A stretch of DNA of 64,000 nucleotides from Sphingobacteriaceae bacterium (GTDB lineage: Bacteria; Bacteroidota; Bacteroidia; B-17B0; Aurantibacillaceae). This document shows positions 1 to 10,594 of this stretch, piece by piece (the stretch's first letter is position 1; each line of letters opens with the position of its first letter). The DNA is taken from the NCBI GenBank assembly GCA_016709575.1, contig JADJMM010000012.1:28077-92076 (forward strand), given 5' to 3'. The position numbers were made by a program, and so were the translations under genes. Under the pieces are notes generated by a model. The model was not told where the DNA came from, ran no database searches, and was given only the letters and a program-made list of their open reading frames with translations.

Positions 1-41
1 GAAATAATTACGACGAGTTTTTTAATAACCCAAAATAATTT

Positions 42-1085
42 ATGTCAGACAGGAGGGTAGCCGTAATTATTTTAAATTTTAATGGGAAAGCATTTTAGAA
101 AAATTCCTGCCTTCGGTTACCAAGTGTTCTGCTAATCACAATATTTTGTTGCAGATAATAATTCAAGTGACGATTCTGTTACATTTTTAAAATCGAATTC
201 CCTTCAGTTCAAATCATTCAAAAATTCCAGCAACAGTGGGTTTGCGTAAGGTTATAACGATGCTTTAAAAAAAGTGACTGCGGAATATTATGTCTTATTA
301 AATTCAGATGTTGAGGTTTCTGAAAGTTGGATTGAGCATGTGATATCATTAATGGATTCCAATCCTAATATTGCTGCTTGTCAACCCAAAATTTTAGATT
401 ATAATAACCGCACAAAATTTGAATACGCAGGAGCTGCAGGTGGTTATATTGATAAATACGGTTATCCGTTTTGTCGCGGACGAGTATTTAATAGTTTAGA
501 AGAGGATAAGAATCAATACAACACCAGTACAGAAGTGTTTTGGGCGACGGGTGCATGTATGTTTGTCCGCTCTAAAGCTTTTTTGGAAGTGGGTGGTTTT
601 GATGGCGATTACTTTGCACATATGGAAGAAATTGATTTGTGCTGGCGCTTGAAAAATATTGGTTACAAAATTTATGTAGAACCCAAGAGTGTTGTTTGTC
701 ATGTTGGTGGTGGTACATTAAATAAATTAAGTTCGCGTAAAACATTTTAAATTTCAGAAATAATTTAACTACGCTTACAAAAAATCATCCTTCCGGATTT
801 TTATTCTTTAAAATTATTTTCCGGATGAAATTGGATGGTATTGCGGCATTTAAATTTTTGTTAGACGGTCAGCCCAAACATTTTTTTGCTGTTATCCGAG
901 CGCATTTTGCGTTTTATAGTTGGTTGCCTAAAACTCTTGCAAAGCGTAAGCAAGCTAAACAACATCCTAAATTTAAATTCTCGATGGGGAAAGCGTATAA
1001 TGGAAATGTAGTTTTAGAACATTTTATCCGTAAGAAAAAATTTTTTTCGGAACTAAACCAATCTTCTTTTTTGGATTTAGCTTAG
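42..1085 (+). pseudogene. Glycosyltransferase family 2, interrupted by three frameshifts and an in-frame TAA at 247-249
   Basis: ATG at 42 gives MSDRRVAVIILNFNGK. ORF 274-750 carries YYVLLNSDVEV, WATGACMFVR and DYFAHMEEIDLCWR, typical of GT2. The C-terminus continues in ORF 825-1085. Frame breaks lie in T runs at 93-96, 144-147 and 745-748. Confidence 0.7.
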
Positions 1086-1129
1086 TAAAGCAATTGTAAT
1101 GATAGCGTTTATCAGAATTAACTCGTTTC

Positions 1130-2529
1130 CTATCTGATATTCTCCCAAAATAAACTTAAATTATTAGCGAGCAAATAAGTGACAACCGGCGCTACTAAAC
1201 AAATTATTGGTACGAGTTTGTCGTTCAAGTTTACTTTGGTGAATAACCCTAAAGCAAATAAACCTAACAGTGGACCGTAAGTATAACCCGCCAACATTAA
1301 AATTGTATCGATAATTGCTTTTTGATTTAGAGCATGGAATACCAGAATCACCAACCACAATAACACAGCAAATAAAATGTGAATAGTAGTGCGGCGTTTA
1401 CGTTTTTGTTCTTCGTTTAATGTTTCGTTACGGTCGTATTCTAAAATATCAATATAAAGAAGTGGTAAGGGTAGTTAAAACACTATCCGCACTCGAGAAA
1501 GTGGCCGCGGTTAAACCTATAATAAAAACTAATCCCGCAAAAACACCCAAATGATTTAAAGCAAGATTCGGGAAGACTTTGTCACTCATCACTTTTCCTA
1601 AATCATTTACCGGAATTGCTATTCCGCTTTGATTGTAATAAATGTAAAGTAGCGCGCCAAGTGATAAGAAGATGATAGTTACTATCACCATAATAACACT
1701 AAACCAGAAAATATTTTTTTGAGCTTCGCCTAAACTTTTGCAGCTTAAATTTTTCTGCATCATGTTTTGATCGAGACCGGTCATGGCCACAGCAATAAAA
1801 ATCCCACCTAAAAATTCTTTGAAGAAGAAATTTGATTTTTTCCAATCCCAGAAAAATGTTTCAGTGTATTCTGAACTTGTCACTTTACTAACGGCTTCGG
1901 TAAAAGAAATATCTAATTTGCTAATGATAGCTACAACTGATAAAACAACACCTAAAACCAAAAACAGTGATTGAAAAGTATCCGTCCAAACTAAAGTTTT
2001 AATCCCACCTCTGTAAGTGTATAATAACATTAATCCCAAAATAACAGAAACACTTACCCAAAACGGCACGTGAACTGTTTCAAACTGATCGAAGACAAAT
2101 AATTGAATAACTCCCGCTACCAAATATAGTCGTCCGGCCGCCCCTAAAATGCGAGAGATAATAAAAAACATGGCGCCTGTTTTTTGGGTGTTCTTCCCAA
2201 AGCGACTTTTTAAATATTCGTAGATGGAAGTTAAATTGAGTTTGTAGTAAATGGGGAGTAAGATGTGTGAAATGATGAAATACCCTACAAAATAACCAAT
2301 CACCAATTGTAGATAGGAGAAATGCGCCGTTCCCACTTTCCCGGGTACAGAAATATAAGTAACACCACTCAACGAATCGCCAATCATCCCAAATGCAACA
2401 GCGTACCAAGGCGAGGCTTTATTCCCTAAAAAATAAGATTCGGCTGTGCTTTTGCGCGAAGTGTACCAGGCGATGCCCATTAAAAGCAAAGTAAACAGCA
2501 ATGAAACTTATGATAAGTACTGGCGACAT
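1130..2529 (-). CDS. Sodium:solute symporter family transporter (frameshifted in this assembly)
   Basis: ORF 1449-2501 is polytopic with SSF-like motifs (YFLGNK, SGVTYISVPG, YEYLKSRFG). The C-terminal TM segments are in ORF 1130-1366. ATG at 2527-2529 (MSPVLIISF) is one base out of frame with the main ORF. Confidence 0.75.
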
Positions 2530-2669
2530 TTTGAATTAAGAATTATGAATTAAAAATGAAGAATTATAAGCTTGGTTTATTTGTTAAATAAAGTATTTCT
2601 TCACACTCCGAATCTCATAATTGTTAATAGTTTGCCTCTTTGGCTATTCAATCAGAAGGGCTAAAGCAG

Positions 2670-2677
2670 TAAATTTG
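2670..2677 (+). promoter_or_regulatory. Candidate Bacteroidota -7 box TAAATTTG upstream of recR
   Basis: Exact TAnnTTTG match ending 6 nt before the recR ATG at 2683. Confidence 0.35.
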
Positions 2678-2682
2678 CCATA

Positions 2683-3297
2683 ATGCAATTCAGCTCCAAA
2701 GTAATAGAACAAGCCGTTGATACTTTTGCCCAATTACCGGGTGTTGGTAAAAAAACAGCTTTGCGTTATGTGTTGCATTTAATTAAGCAAGATGATACCG
2801 AACAATTAGCTCAAATCATAAAGCAATTAAAAACGGATTTAAAGTTTTGTGATAAGTGCCATAATATTTCCGAAAGCACTTCCTGTGAAATTTGTACTAA
2901 CCCGGTTCGTGACCAAACTTTACTTTGTGTTGTGCAAGATTACAGAGATGTAATGGCCATTGAAAATACTGGTTTATATAAAGGCTTGTATCACGTTTTA
3001 GGCGGATTAATTTCTCCAATGGAAGGAGTGGGGCCGGGACATTTAAATATTGAAACCTTAAATACCAGAATGGCTGAAGGTGTTATTAAAGAAGTTATTC
3101 TGGCTTTGAATGCAACTATGGAAGGGGAAACCACTTCGTTTTATATTTACCGCAAATTAGCACCACACAATGTTAATTTATCAGCAATTGCCCGCGGTAT
3201 TGCTGTTGGAGATGAATTAGAATACGCCGATGAAGCTACACTTGGTCGTTCTATTACCAACCGTCAACCTTTCTCTGCTTTCTTTACAGTGAAGTAG
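2683..3297 (+). CDS. recR: Recombination protein RecR
   Basis: 204 aa with an HhH motif (LPGVGKKTALR), a C4 zinc finger (CDKCHN...CEIC) and a Toprim region (LCVVQDYRDVMAIE, VILALNATMEGETT). Confidence 0.95.
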   Translation: MQFSSKVIEQAVDTFAQLPGVGKKTALRYVLHLIKQDDTEQLAQIIKQLKTDLKFCDKCHNISESTSCEICTNPVRDQTLLCVVQDYRDVMAIENTGLYKGLYHVLGGLISPMEGVGPGHLNIETLNTRMAEGVIKEVILALNATMEGETTSFYIYRKLAPHNVNLSAIARGIAVGDELEYADEATLGRSITNRQPFSAFFTVK

Positions 3298-3303
3298 TTT
3301 TAA

Positions 3304-3438
3304 CTACATATATCCACCCATATTGGTTTTGATTTTCTTTTTACGGCGACCACCGCAATCTTTACGGTACGCGCAATCTGTTGCTATAATTCCGAACAAG
3401 ATAAAAAAGATGGCAAAAAGCTTGGCTGATTTTTTCAT
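3304..3438 (-). CDS. Small hypothetical membrane or lipoprotein-like peptide (44 aa)
   Basis: Manual translation gives MKKSAKLFAIFFILFGIIATDCAYRKDCGGRRKKKIKTNMGGYM, with a hydrophobic N-terminus followed by Cys. It is below the ORF-track size cut-off and I recognise no homology. Confidence 0.25.
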   Translation of the reverse strand: MKKSAKLFAIFFILFGIIATDCAYRKDCGGRRKKKIKTNMGGYM

Positions 3439-3561
3439 AGTATTAAAGATACATAATTTATTATAATCACAAAATTGTAACGCTTAAGCTATATAAAGGA
3501 TACAGCTGTTAAAATTCCTGAAAAGGCCTGAATACACACTTAATTTTTGTAATTTTAGTTC

Positions 3562-4836
3562 GTGCGTAAATCACTTTTTATATTCTTTTCTGTATTGTTT
3601 TTAGGACTTCAAAACTTAAAGGCAAGTTACATTCTAATACCAATGGATGAAACCCAGAAAAATCATTTGAAAGCTTATGGCATTGCATATTGGGCTTTAA
3701 AGGGTGAATTAGAAATTCAATGGCTTTTAAATTACCGTGGTGGAAGTTTTATGATTCCGAATGCGAAACCGGTGAGTAACGAATGTTTAATACGTGGTGT
3801 TAGCTACGAAATTATTTCGGACGCACAATCCAATGCAATTCTTGCCGACATCGCGAATCCTTCCGTAAATCAAGATGCAATTAAACTAGAAAAAGCACCA
3901 CGTGTTGCTGTGTATTCCCCAAAAACAAAACAACCCTGGGATGATGCCGTTACTTTAGTGTTAACGTATGCTGAGATTCCTTATGATTTAATTTATGATG
4001 AAGAATTACTCAACGGAAAATTGTCTGAATACGATTGGTTGCATTTGCATCACGAAGATTTTACTGGACAATACGGACGTTTTTATGCGCAGTTCAAACA
4101 TCACGCTTGGTATCAGGCAGAAGTTAAGGAGAATGAAACTGTAGCTAAGAAATTTGGGTTTTCTAAAGTATCTCAACTAAAATTAGCGGTTGCAAAAAAA
4201 ATAAATGAATACGTTTTTGGTGGTGGATTTTTATTCGCCATGTGTAGTGCTACCGACAGTTATGATATTGCTTTAGCAGCCGAAGGAATTGATATTTGTG
4301 CCGAAATGTATGACCACGATGCAGCCGACCCGAATATGAATACCAAAATTGATTTCTCGAAAGGTTATGCTTTTGAAAAATATAAATTAACGCCAAATCC
4401 TTTAGAGTACGAATTTTCAAGCATCGATACGTATCATACCCGTCAGCAACAATATGGTATGACTAAAGAGAATGATGTATTTACTTTGTTTGATTTCTCA
4501 GCGAAGTGGGATCCTGTTCCAACTATGTTGAATCAAAATCACGAATCAACAGTAAAAGCTTTTTGGGGACAAACTGTCGCCTTCAATAAAAATTACGTAA
4601 AGAAAAATGTTTTAGTATTGGGAGAATCAAAAGCATTTAATGAAGCGCGTTACATTCATGGAGAGCACGGTAAAGGTACTTGGACATTTTATGGTGGTCA
4701 TGATCCAGAAGATTATTTGCATAGAGTAGAGGATCCTCCAACAGATTTAAGTTTACATCCAAATTCACCGGGTTACAGATTAATCTTAAACAACATTCTT
4801 TTTCCTGCAGCGAAAAAGAAAAAGCAGAAGACTTAG
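3562..4836 (+). CDS. Conserved Bacteroidota secreted protein of unknown function
   Basis: Intact 424-aa ORF with a GTG start, an N-terminal signal peptide (MRKSLFIFFSVLFLGLQNLKA) and a lysine-rich tail. The AVYSP...WDDAVTLVL...YDWLHLHHEDF region suggests a glutamine-amidotransferase-like fold, but that is inference only. Confidence 0.6.
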   Translation: MRKSLFIFFSVLFLGLQNLKASYILIPMDETQKNHLKAYGIAYWALKGELEIQWLLNYRGGSFMIPNAKPVSNECLIRGVSYEIISDAQSNAILADIANPSVNQDAIKLEKAPRVAVYSPKTKQPWDDAVTLVLTYAEIPYDLIYDEELLNGKLSEYDWLHLHHEDFTGQYGRFYAQFKHHAWYQAEVKENETVAKKFGFSKVSQLKLAVAKKINEYVFGGGFLFAMCSATDSYDIALAAEGIDICAEMYDHDAADPNMNTKIDFSKGYAFEKYKLTPNPLEYEFSSIDTYHTRQQQYGMTKENDVFTLFDFSAKWDPVPTMLNQNHESTVKAFWGQTVAFNKNYVKKNVLVLGESKAFNEARYIHGEHGKGTWTFYGGHDPEDYLHRVEDPPTDLSLHPNSPGYRLILNNILFPAAKKKKQKT

Positions 4837-4860
4837 TGAAGTTTTATTGATTAACGATTT

Positions 4861-4918
4861 CACGCTAAGCAACGGTTTGATTGGAAGACCGTGTCTGCCA
4901 AACTGTTTGCCTAGCGTG
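4861..4918. terminator. Long imperfect hairpin between convergent genes (possible bidirectional terminator or repeat element)
   Basis: The arms CACGCTAAGCAACGGTTTG (4861-4879) and CAAACTGTTTGCCTAGCGTG (4899-4918) pair over 19 positions with one mismatch, one bulge and one G-U. The loop is 19 nt. Confidence 0.4.
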
Positions 4919-4934
4919 TGTTAACTGCAGATAA

Positions 4935-6361
4935 TTACTCTACAATAATTTTCCTAATTGCTTTTTGTCCTTTGTTGTCTAAGGAAACAAAATACAAGCC
5001 AGTTTTTAAGTTTAAATTAATACCAGTTGATTTCTCTTTTATTGTTTCGCTAAACACTAATTCACCAAGTAAATTATGAACTGATAAGTCACAACTGCCT
5101 GTAATTTCAGCCACTTTAATTGTTATTTGTCCATTTGATGGATTAGGGGATATTAAAAAGGAATTTGCGAAATTAGTTTCATTTATGTCCGTAGTTATAA
5201 GTTGATACTTAAATATAGTGCCATTTGCTGCGCCTATCGGTCCGCCACTTGTAGTCATACCATATAAATCACCTCCATTTAAATAAAGTGACCCTGTAGG
5301 AAAACCGCCTGTGCCACCTGTGAAGTTCCAAAGTTTAGTATAAGTTCCACTAGGAGTTATATTAAAAATAGTTCCTGAGTTTGATGAGCCGCCAGTTCTT
5401 GTCATACCGTAAAGTAATGTTCCATTAAAAATTAGTGAGCCTTTTGGATTACTACCATTTATGATACCAGTAAAATCATTTAGTTTAACATAACCAGTTC
5501 CATTAGGAAGTATTTTAAAAACAACACCGCTACCTGAAGAGCCGCCATTTTCTGTCATTCCATATAAATACGTTCCATCAAACGTTAATGACCCAAGCGG
5601 ATTAGCACCATTCAATGCACCATTAAAATTAAGCAATGTGCTAAACCCTGTACCATCGGGCAATATTTTAAATATAATACCTTTGTTACTTAAACCACCA
5701 CTATTCGTCATTCCATATAAATGTGTTCCATCAGTACAAAGAGAGCCTTTTAATCCAAGGCCAATACTTGTATTAAAGCCATATAAATTTGTATATCCAG
5801 TTCCATCAGGTTTTATTTTAAAAATATCACCTTGACCCCAAGCGCCACCCAAGGAAGTTATTCCGTAAAGAAATGTTCCATCATAAATAAGAGTACCTTT
5901 TGGTGTACTTCCATTTAAGGTGCCAGTAAAATCTTTCAGTTTAACGTAACCAGTTCCATCAGTTTTTATTTTAAATAAAGTCCCTAAATCGCTTGTACCA
6001 CCAGTTGAAGTCATGCCATATAAATAAGTTCCGTCATATGTAAATGATCCTTCTGGTCGACTACCATTGACAGCTCCTGTAAAATTCATTAATACTGAAT
6101 AGTTTGTTCCATCAGGCAGTACTTTATAAATAACGCCTAATCCCGAAACTCCACCACCATTTGTCATGCCATAAAGGTATGTTCCGTCCGATATTACGTT
6201 TTGGTCAGTTTGCGGTGTGCCGCCAGAATAAGAACCATTAAATCCTGTAAAATAGGTTATAACAGAGTGCTGAGCCTTAAGGTTATTGTCGTAGCAATAA
6301 AGACATAGTAATATTAAAGTTATAAATGTTTTTATTGTTGTTTTTGGATTTACTTTTTCAT
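4935..6361 (-). CDS. Tandem-repeat (GloVer-type) secreted protein with a T9SS C-terminal sorting domain
   Basis: About seven repeats of roughly 47 aa (GG..G.IFKI.PDGTGY..L..F.G..NG..P.GSL..DGT.LYGMT). The C-terminal tail is ISPNPSNGQITIKV...LYFVSL...KIIVE. The signal peptide (KKVNPKTTIKTFITLILLCLY) is in frame upstream, but the ATG at 6359-6361 is offset by one base in an A run. Confidence 0.75.
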
Positions 6362-6635
6362 AATTATATTAATGGTTCGTTTATTTTTGTCAATTTTAGT
6401 CTAAATATTAATGCTTTTCAATACTCAGTTTAGAGTATTTTGTCAGAAATAAACTTAGTTATCTGGTGACAAATACTGTCTGTCGGCTATTTTTGGATTG
6501 CTTGCAGCTAACTTTTTTATACAAGATACTTTTTAGCGCCTATCCGACTATCTTTGGTGAGACCTGCGCTACTCGATAGAGGATTATTAAAATAGTCATC
6601 ATTTGATTATTGCGCCAAGTTGCAGCAGACAAAGA

Positions 6636-7748
6636 TTAATTAGGAGCGATGGCGTCCGGAGAAATTTCGGGTGTTTTTACTTTTTTGGTGTAGGCACCAA
6701 GATGTGTTGTTATTCCAATAACACTGGAGGTTCCGGTAATGTTATACTTTGTATAAGCATAACTCAAAGCAAAACGGTTTATCTTAAATCCAAATCCAAA
6801 ACTTAAACCACTCGCAGTACGTTTATCAGGTAACATCATTTCTTTGTGTAAACGCCAGTTGTAACCTACACGTAGGTTAAAATTTTTGGTAAGAATAATT
6901 TCAGTGGCAAAGGTCATGTGTCGCCCTAATTTATCCCCACCTTTTTTTACGTTGTCGCTAAATTTTTGCCATTTGGTTTTTTCTTTAGGAGTTTCACCAA
7001 ATAAATTAGAAGTCTCTGTTTCGTTTAAAGGACTTGTATAAGTTAAATCCCATTTAGTTAAATTATCGTACACAAATATTAAACGGAAGGGAGCTTTTTT
7101 TACTTTGTAGCTAATACCTAATTGTGTTGTTACAGGTAATTTTGTTGTGTCGTTATTTTTATCGTAGGGTTTCCAAATCACACCAACATTTTTCACAACA
7201 GCTGATGCGATGAAGCCGCTTTTATGTACCCAGGTTAATCCAAGATCCACAGCATTTCCAACTGAGTTGTAAATGTCATAATGCGAGTAAATGGTTTTTA
7301 ATGTAACACCGTAACTAAAACTAGTGTCTTTTAATCGTCGGGCTATAGATAGGTTAAGTGAATAATCTGCAGCTTTAAAGTTCCCTTCTTTTATATCGTA
7401 CTCATCGCGTTTATCAAATTTTCCGTAATCAAAAAACTGAATCCCCCCTGCAACTGTTCCAATATTTTTAAAATGATGGGCATAGGCTACATTCCCAAAA
7501 TTCATATCAGCAATATAATTGCAATAGTTTAGGGCCACTTGCTTAACGCATTTTTCGTTTAAGAGGGCAGGGTTGCTGTAATAAAGGTTTATATCATCAC
7601 CCCAAATACTCATTGAATTGCCTCCAAGAGCTGCAGCACGGGCAGGCATGGGTATTTCTAAAAAACGGTAAGTAGTTGGTCCACCTACCTGAGATTGGAG
7701 GTTAAGACCTAATACTGAAATGAAAAATATGCCTAATAGTTTCTTCAA
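6636..7748 (-). CDS. T9SS-associated outer-membrane beta-barrel, PorQ-like
   Basis: 370 aa with a signal peptide, then GGPTTYRFLEIPMPARAAALGGNSMSIWGDDINLYYSNPALLN followed by alternating beta-strand sequence. The family assignment is from memory of the PorQ motif and has not been searched. Confidence 0.5.
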   Translation of the reverse strand: MKKLLGIFFISVLGLNLQSQVGGPTTYRFLEIPMPARAAALGGNSMSIWGDDINLYYSNPALLNEKCVKQVALNYCNYIADMNFGNVAYAHHFKNIGTVAGGIQFFDYGKFDKRDEYDIKEGNFKAADYSLNLSIARRLKDTSFSYGVTLKTIYSHYDIYNSVGNAVDLGLTWVHKSGFIASAVVKNVGVIWKPYDKNNDTTKLPVTTQLGISYKVKKAPFRLIFVYDNLTKWDLTYTSPLNETETSNLFGETPKEKTKWQKFSDNVKKGGDKLGRHMTFATEIILTKNFNLRVGYNWRLHKEMMLPDKRTASGLSFGFGFKINRFALSYAYTKYNITGTSSVIGITTHLGAYTKKVKTPEISPDAIAPN

Positions 7749-7815
7749 CTGTACAATAAACGTATAAAAATAGGGTTTATTATGTGAAAAAGGGATTTAT
7801 TTTAAGGCCAGTTTC

Positions 7816-8734
7816 TTATTGTTTTACTACCTTTTTAGTGCTACCATCCACTTTAAAGAAATAAACTCCGTTAGAAAGTGCTGAAATATTTACGTTCTCA
7901 TTTTCTTTTGAAAGTTCTCTAGTAATTACCACTTCCCCTAAGGTATTATAAACAAATAAGGTGCTGTTTGTATTTGTAATACGATTAATGTGAACTAAAT
8001 CATTGGCCGGATTAGGATAAATTCGAATTGAATTATTTTTTGTGACTGAATTTACACCGGTTGCTAATTTCTCGCCCGTTAACAAAACATTATCCACTAA
8101 CCAAGAATCAGTAGAAGAACTTGAACGGCCCGTCATACGAATACTAACTGATGTTACACTTCCTGGGAAAACAATTTCGCAATAGCTATAGCCTTCTGTA
8201 GTTTGTAAACCGCTATTGGTGGGAGCAAAAGTAGATTCACTTTGTGGTTGATAATAAACTTTAGCCTTTCCTGTTGCAGTATAAGGCCACCAGCTATTAT
8301 TAGCAACTGCACCACGTATACGCAAACGGTTGTAATACGGACCACCATTAAAACTAACCGGTTAAAACGTAATCTAAATTATCAGGACCACCACCAGTAC
8401 TTGCTAAATTCATAGCTGCTAAACTAAAACGTGCTCGGATGCTATCGTAACCCGCAGGAATTGTTATAGTAGAAAAAGTTAATACAATTCCCGAACTCTG
8501 AGTTGTGCTTTCCCAAGAATTGGATCCGCCAATACCGGTAGGACTATTAGAAGGAGATGAAGCAGTAGGACTCATGCCCATTGTATTATAAACTACAGGA
8601 CCCGTAAATGCCCAGTTAGGATTGTATAATGAAAGGGTATCGAAATTTTGCATCGCTAAAGTGTCAATCATTATTTGAGATTGAGAAATATTGAAAGCGA
8701 ATATGGAGATAATAGAAAGTAAAAGTTTTTTCAT
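7816..8734 (-). CDS. Secreted protein with a T9SS C-terminal sorting domain (frameshifted)
   Basis: The N-terminal ORF 8354-8734 has a signal peptide (MKKLLLSIISIFAFNISQSQ). The C-terminal ORF 7816-8325 ends IRIYPNPANDLVHI...GVYFFKV...KVVKQ. Confidence 0.7.
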
Positions 8735-8846
8735 GCGATTAAATTTGGTTTGAATAAATGTAATGAAAAAAGCACAGTCTTCAAAATTCCAGAACTAAAG
8801 CCTATTGTTTCTGTTATAACGGAACATATCTTGAAGGTTTATGACC

Positions 8847-9547
8847 CTAATGAAATCCGTAGCCAAGTGAACCTAGTAATGATAAACCTGTTTGATTAAA
8901 ACCTTTAATGGTTTCACTTTGTTTTGATGATTTGAAACTTTGCCATTTCGGATTTGTTACGTCAAATTCACAATCCAGAATTACCGAAAACGTAATTTTT
9001 TAATAGCCAATCTGGGTTGTATTGCAATTTTAGGAGAGAAGAACGGGTTAACTTGTTTTCCTAACTCAGCGGTTTTAGATTTTGTGAATCCCGTATTAAA
9101 ACCAATAAAAAAACCGAGACTTAATCTTTGTTTTGGACCCTTCAGCGCTTTTCCCCAACCTAAATTATAGGCAAATCCGTTAAGTTTTGTGCTAACCGTA
9201 TCTTTAATTTTTATTGGTTGGGGCAGAATAAAGTTAAAGTACATTATAATAGCAAAGTTACTTCTGGTATTAACCGCATAATTATGTCCTGAAAATCCGA
9301 ATCCAATGAAATTAACAGGAGCTTCAAAATTTAGGCTATCAAAAGTGTTTAGTTGCTTGTAAAAATTTTTGGCAAACACTTTTTGTCCGTAAACAATATC
9401 AAAGCTAATGATTGAACGGAAATCTTCTTCTTTTTTCTCTTTAGGTAGTTCTACTTCTTCTTTTCCCTTCTTTATTTTAATTTTTTCAACTTGCGTAAAT
9501 GCGGTAGCGCTCCATAAAAAAATAAATATGAGTAAGGTATTTTTCAA
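8847..9547 (-). CDS. Hypothetical outer-membrane beta-barrel protein (frameshifted near 8985)
   Basis: Signal peptide MKNTLLIFIFLWSATAFTQ, then alternating strands. The shifted continuation VILDCEFDVTNPKWQSF...LGSLGYGFH ends in an aromatic-rich beta-barrel-like terminus. Confidence 0.45.
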
Positions 9548-9592
9548 AACTATACCTGAATAACGTGATTTATAGAAAAGGTTACAGAAATA

Positions 9593-10589
9593 CTACTTCT
9601 GTTGAAACACATTCGTCTCCACCCATCCTTTGCCCCAGTCTTCGAGTTCTTCTTTGGTCCAAAGTTCAGGATAGAATACACGTTTTTGGAAACGTGGAGG
9701 TAAGTATTTTTGCCAATTAGTTCCACCGGTTGCAGCAATGTCTTCTGTATTTGCTTGTAAATAACGAACGGCAGATTTATAATGCACCAAAGGCCAATTG
9801 ATGTTTACATTCACGTCTAATTGTTTCAACGCATTAATTAAGTTTTCGTTTTTCTGATCAGCTTCTGGTAACGATTTATATTTTGCCCATAAATTAGTTG
9901 CTTTGTGTTCGTTTGCTAAAGCAATAAACTTAGCACCATATTTTTTCTCGAATTGTTTTAATGTTAATGTCTTTTACCCGTTGATAATTCAGTTGCACCT
10001 TGTTCCAATAAATATTTTGGAAACATCTCTTCAATACTTGCATTTTTCCAATATAATTTGCTCTTACATCTTTATCAACTAAATTAATAAAGTCAGTAGA
10101 ACAAATTTCAATCATACGATACTGAGCACTTTGAAATCCACTAGCCGGTAACAAAGCCATTCTGTAACGTAAAAATTGTTCTTTCTCCATTCCGTTAATC
10201 ATAATCTCGAAAGATTTTGTCAACGCTTCAAAATAACGGTTGATACGAACTACACGCTCAGCAAAAAACTTAATGTCTATTTTTTCTTTCCAACCTAATA
10301 ATTGTCCGTTTGGTAAAATATCCGGACCGTTATTTGAGATTTGATTGTATTCGTGTAAACATAATTTAAAATACAGCTCAGTAATTTGATGATACATGAT
10401 GAAAATAACTTCATCAGGAAAATCAGTTTTTGGGTTTTGTAAAGTCAATAAAGTATCAACTTGTGTATAATCCCAATAAGTTAAATAATTTGATAATAAT
10501 AAACCATCTAAATACCCGTCAAGGTCTTGACCCATCTGTGCATATTTCTCTTCGAGAAGTTTTATTTTTTGTTCAATTTTTGCGTCCAT
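9593..10589 (-). CDS. Tryptophan 2,3-dioxygenase family protein (two frameshifts in A runs)
   Basis: YWDYTQVDTLLTLQ, DEVIFIMYHQITELYFKL and LPASGFQSAQYRMIE resemble TDO. The C-terminal part runs through three frames (NASIEEMFPKYLLEQGATELSTGK, then KTLTLKQFEKKYG...WPLVHYKSAVRYL). The first ATG is at 10587-10589. Confidence 0.6.
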
Positions 10590-10594
10590 AGTTA

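Noticed and set aside
247-249. Stop-codon reassignment (TAA read as sense) suggested by the in-frame TAA in the GT2 gene.
   Set aside because: TAA terminates most of the well-conserved ribosomal protein genes in this same window at their expected ends, so the standard code applies.
9550-9829. Separate small genes (62 aa and 78 aa) downstream of the TDO-like ORF.
   Set aside because: ORF 9593-9829 is the authentic C-terminus of the TDO-like protein once two A-run frameshifts are bridged. ORF 9550-9738 is an overlapping off-frame ORF.
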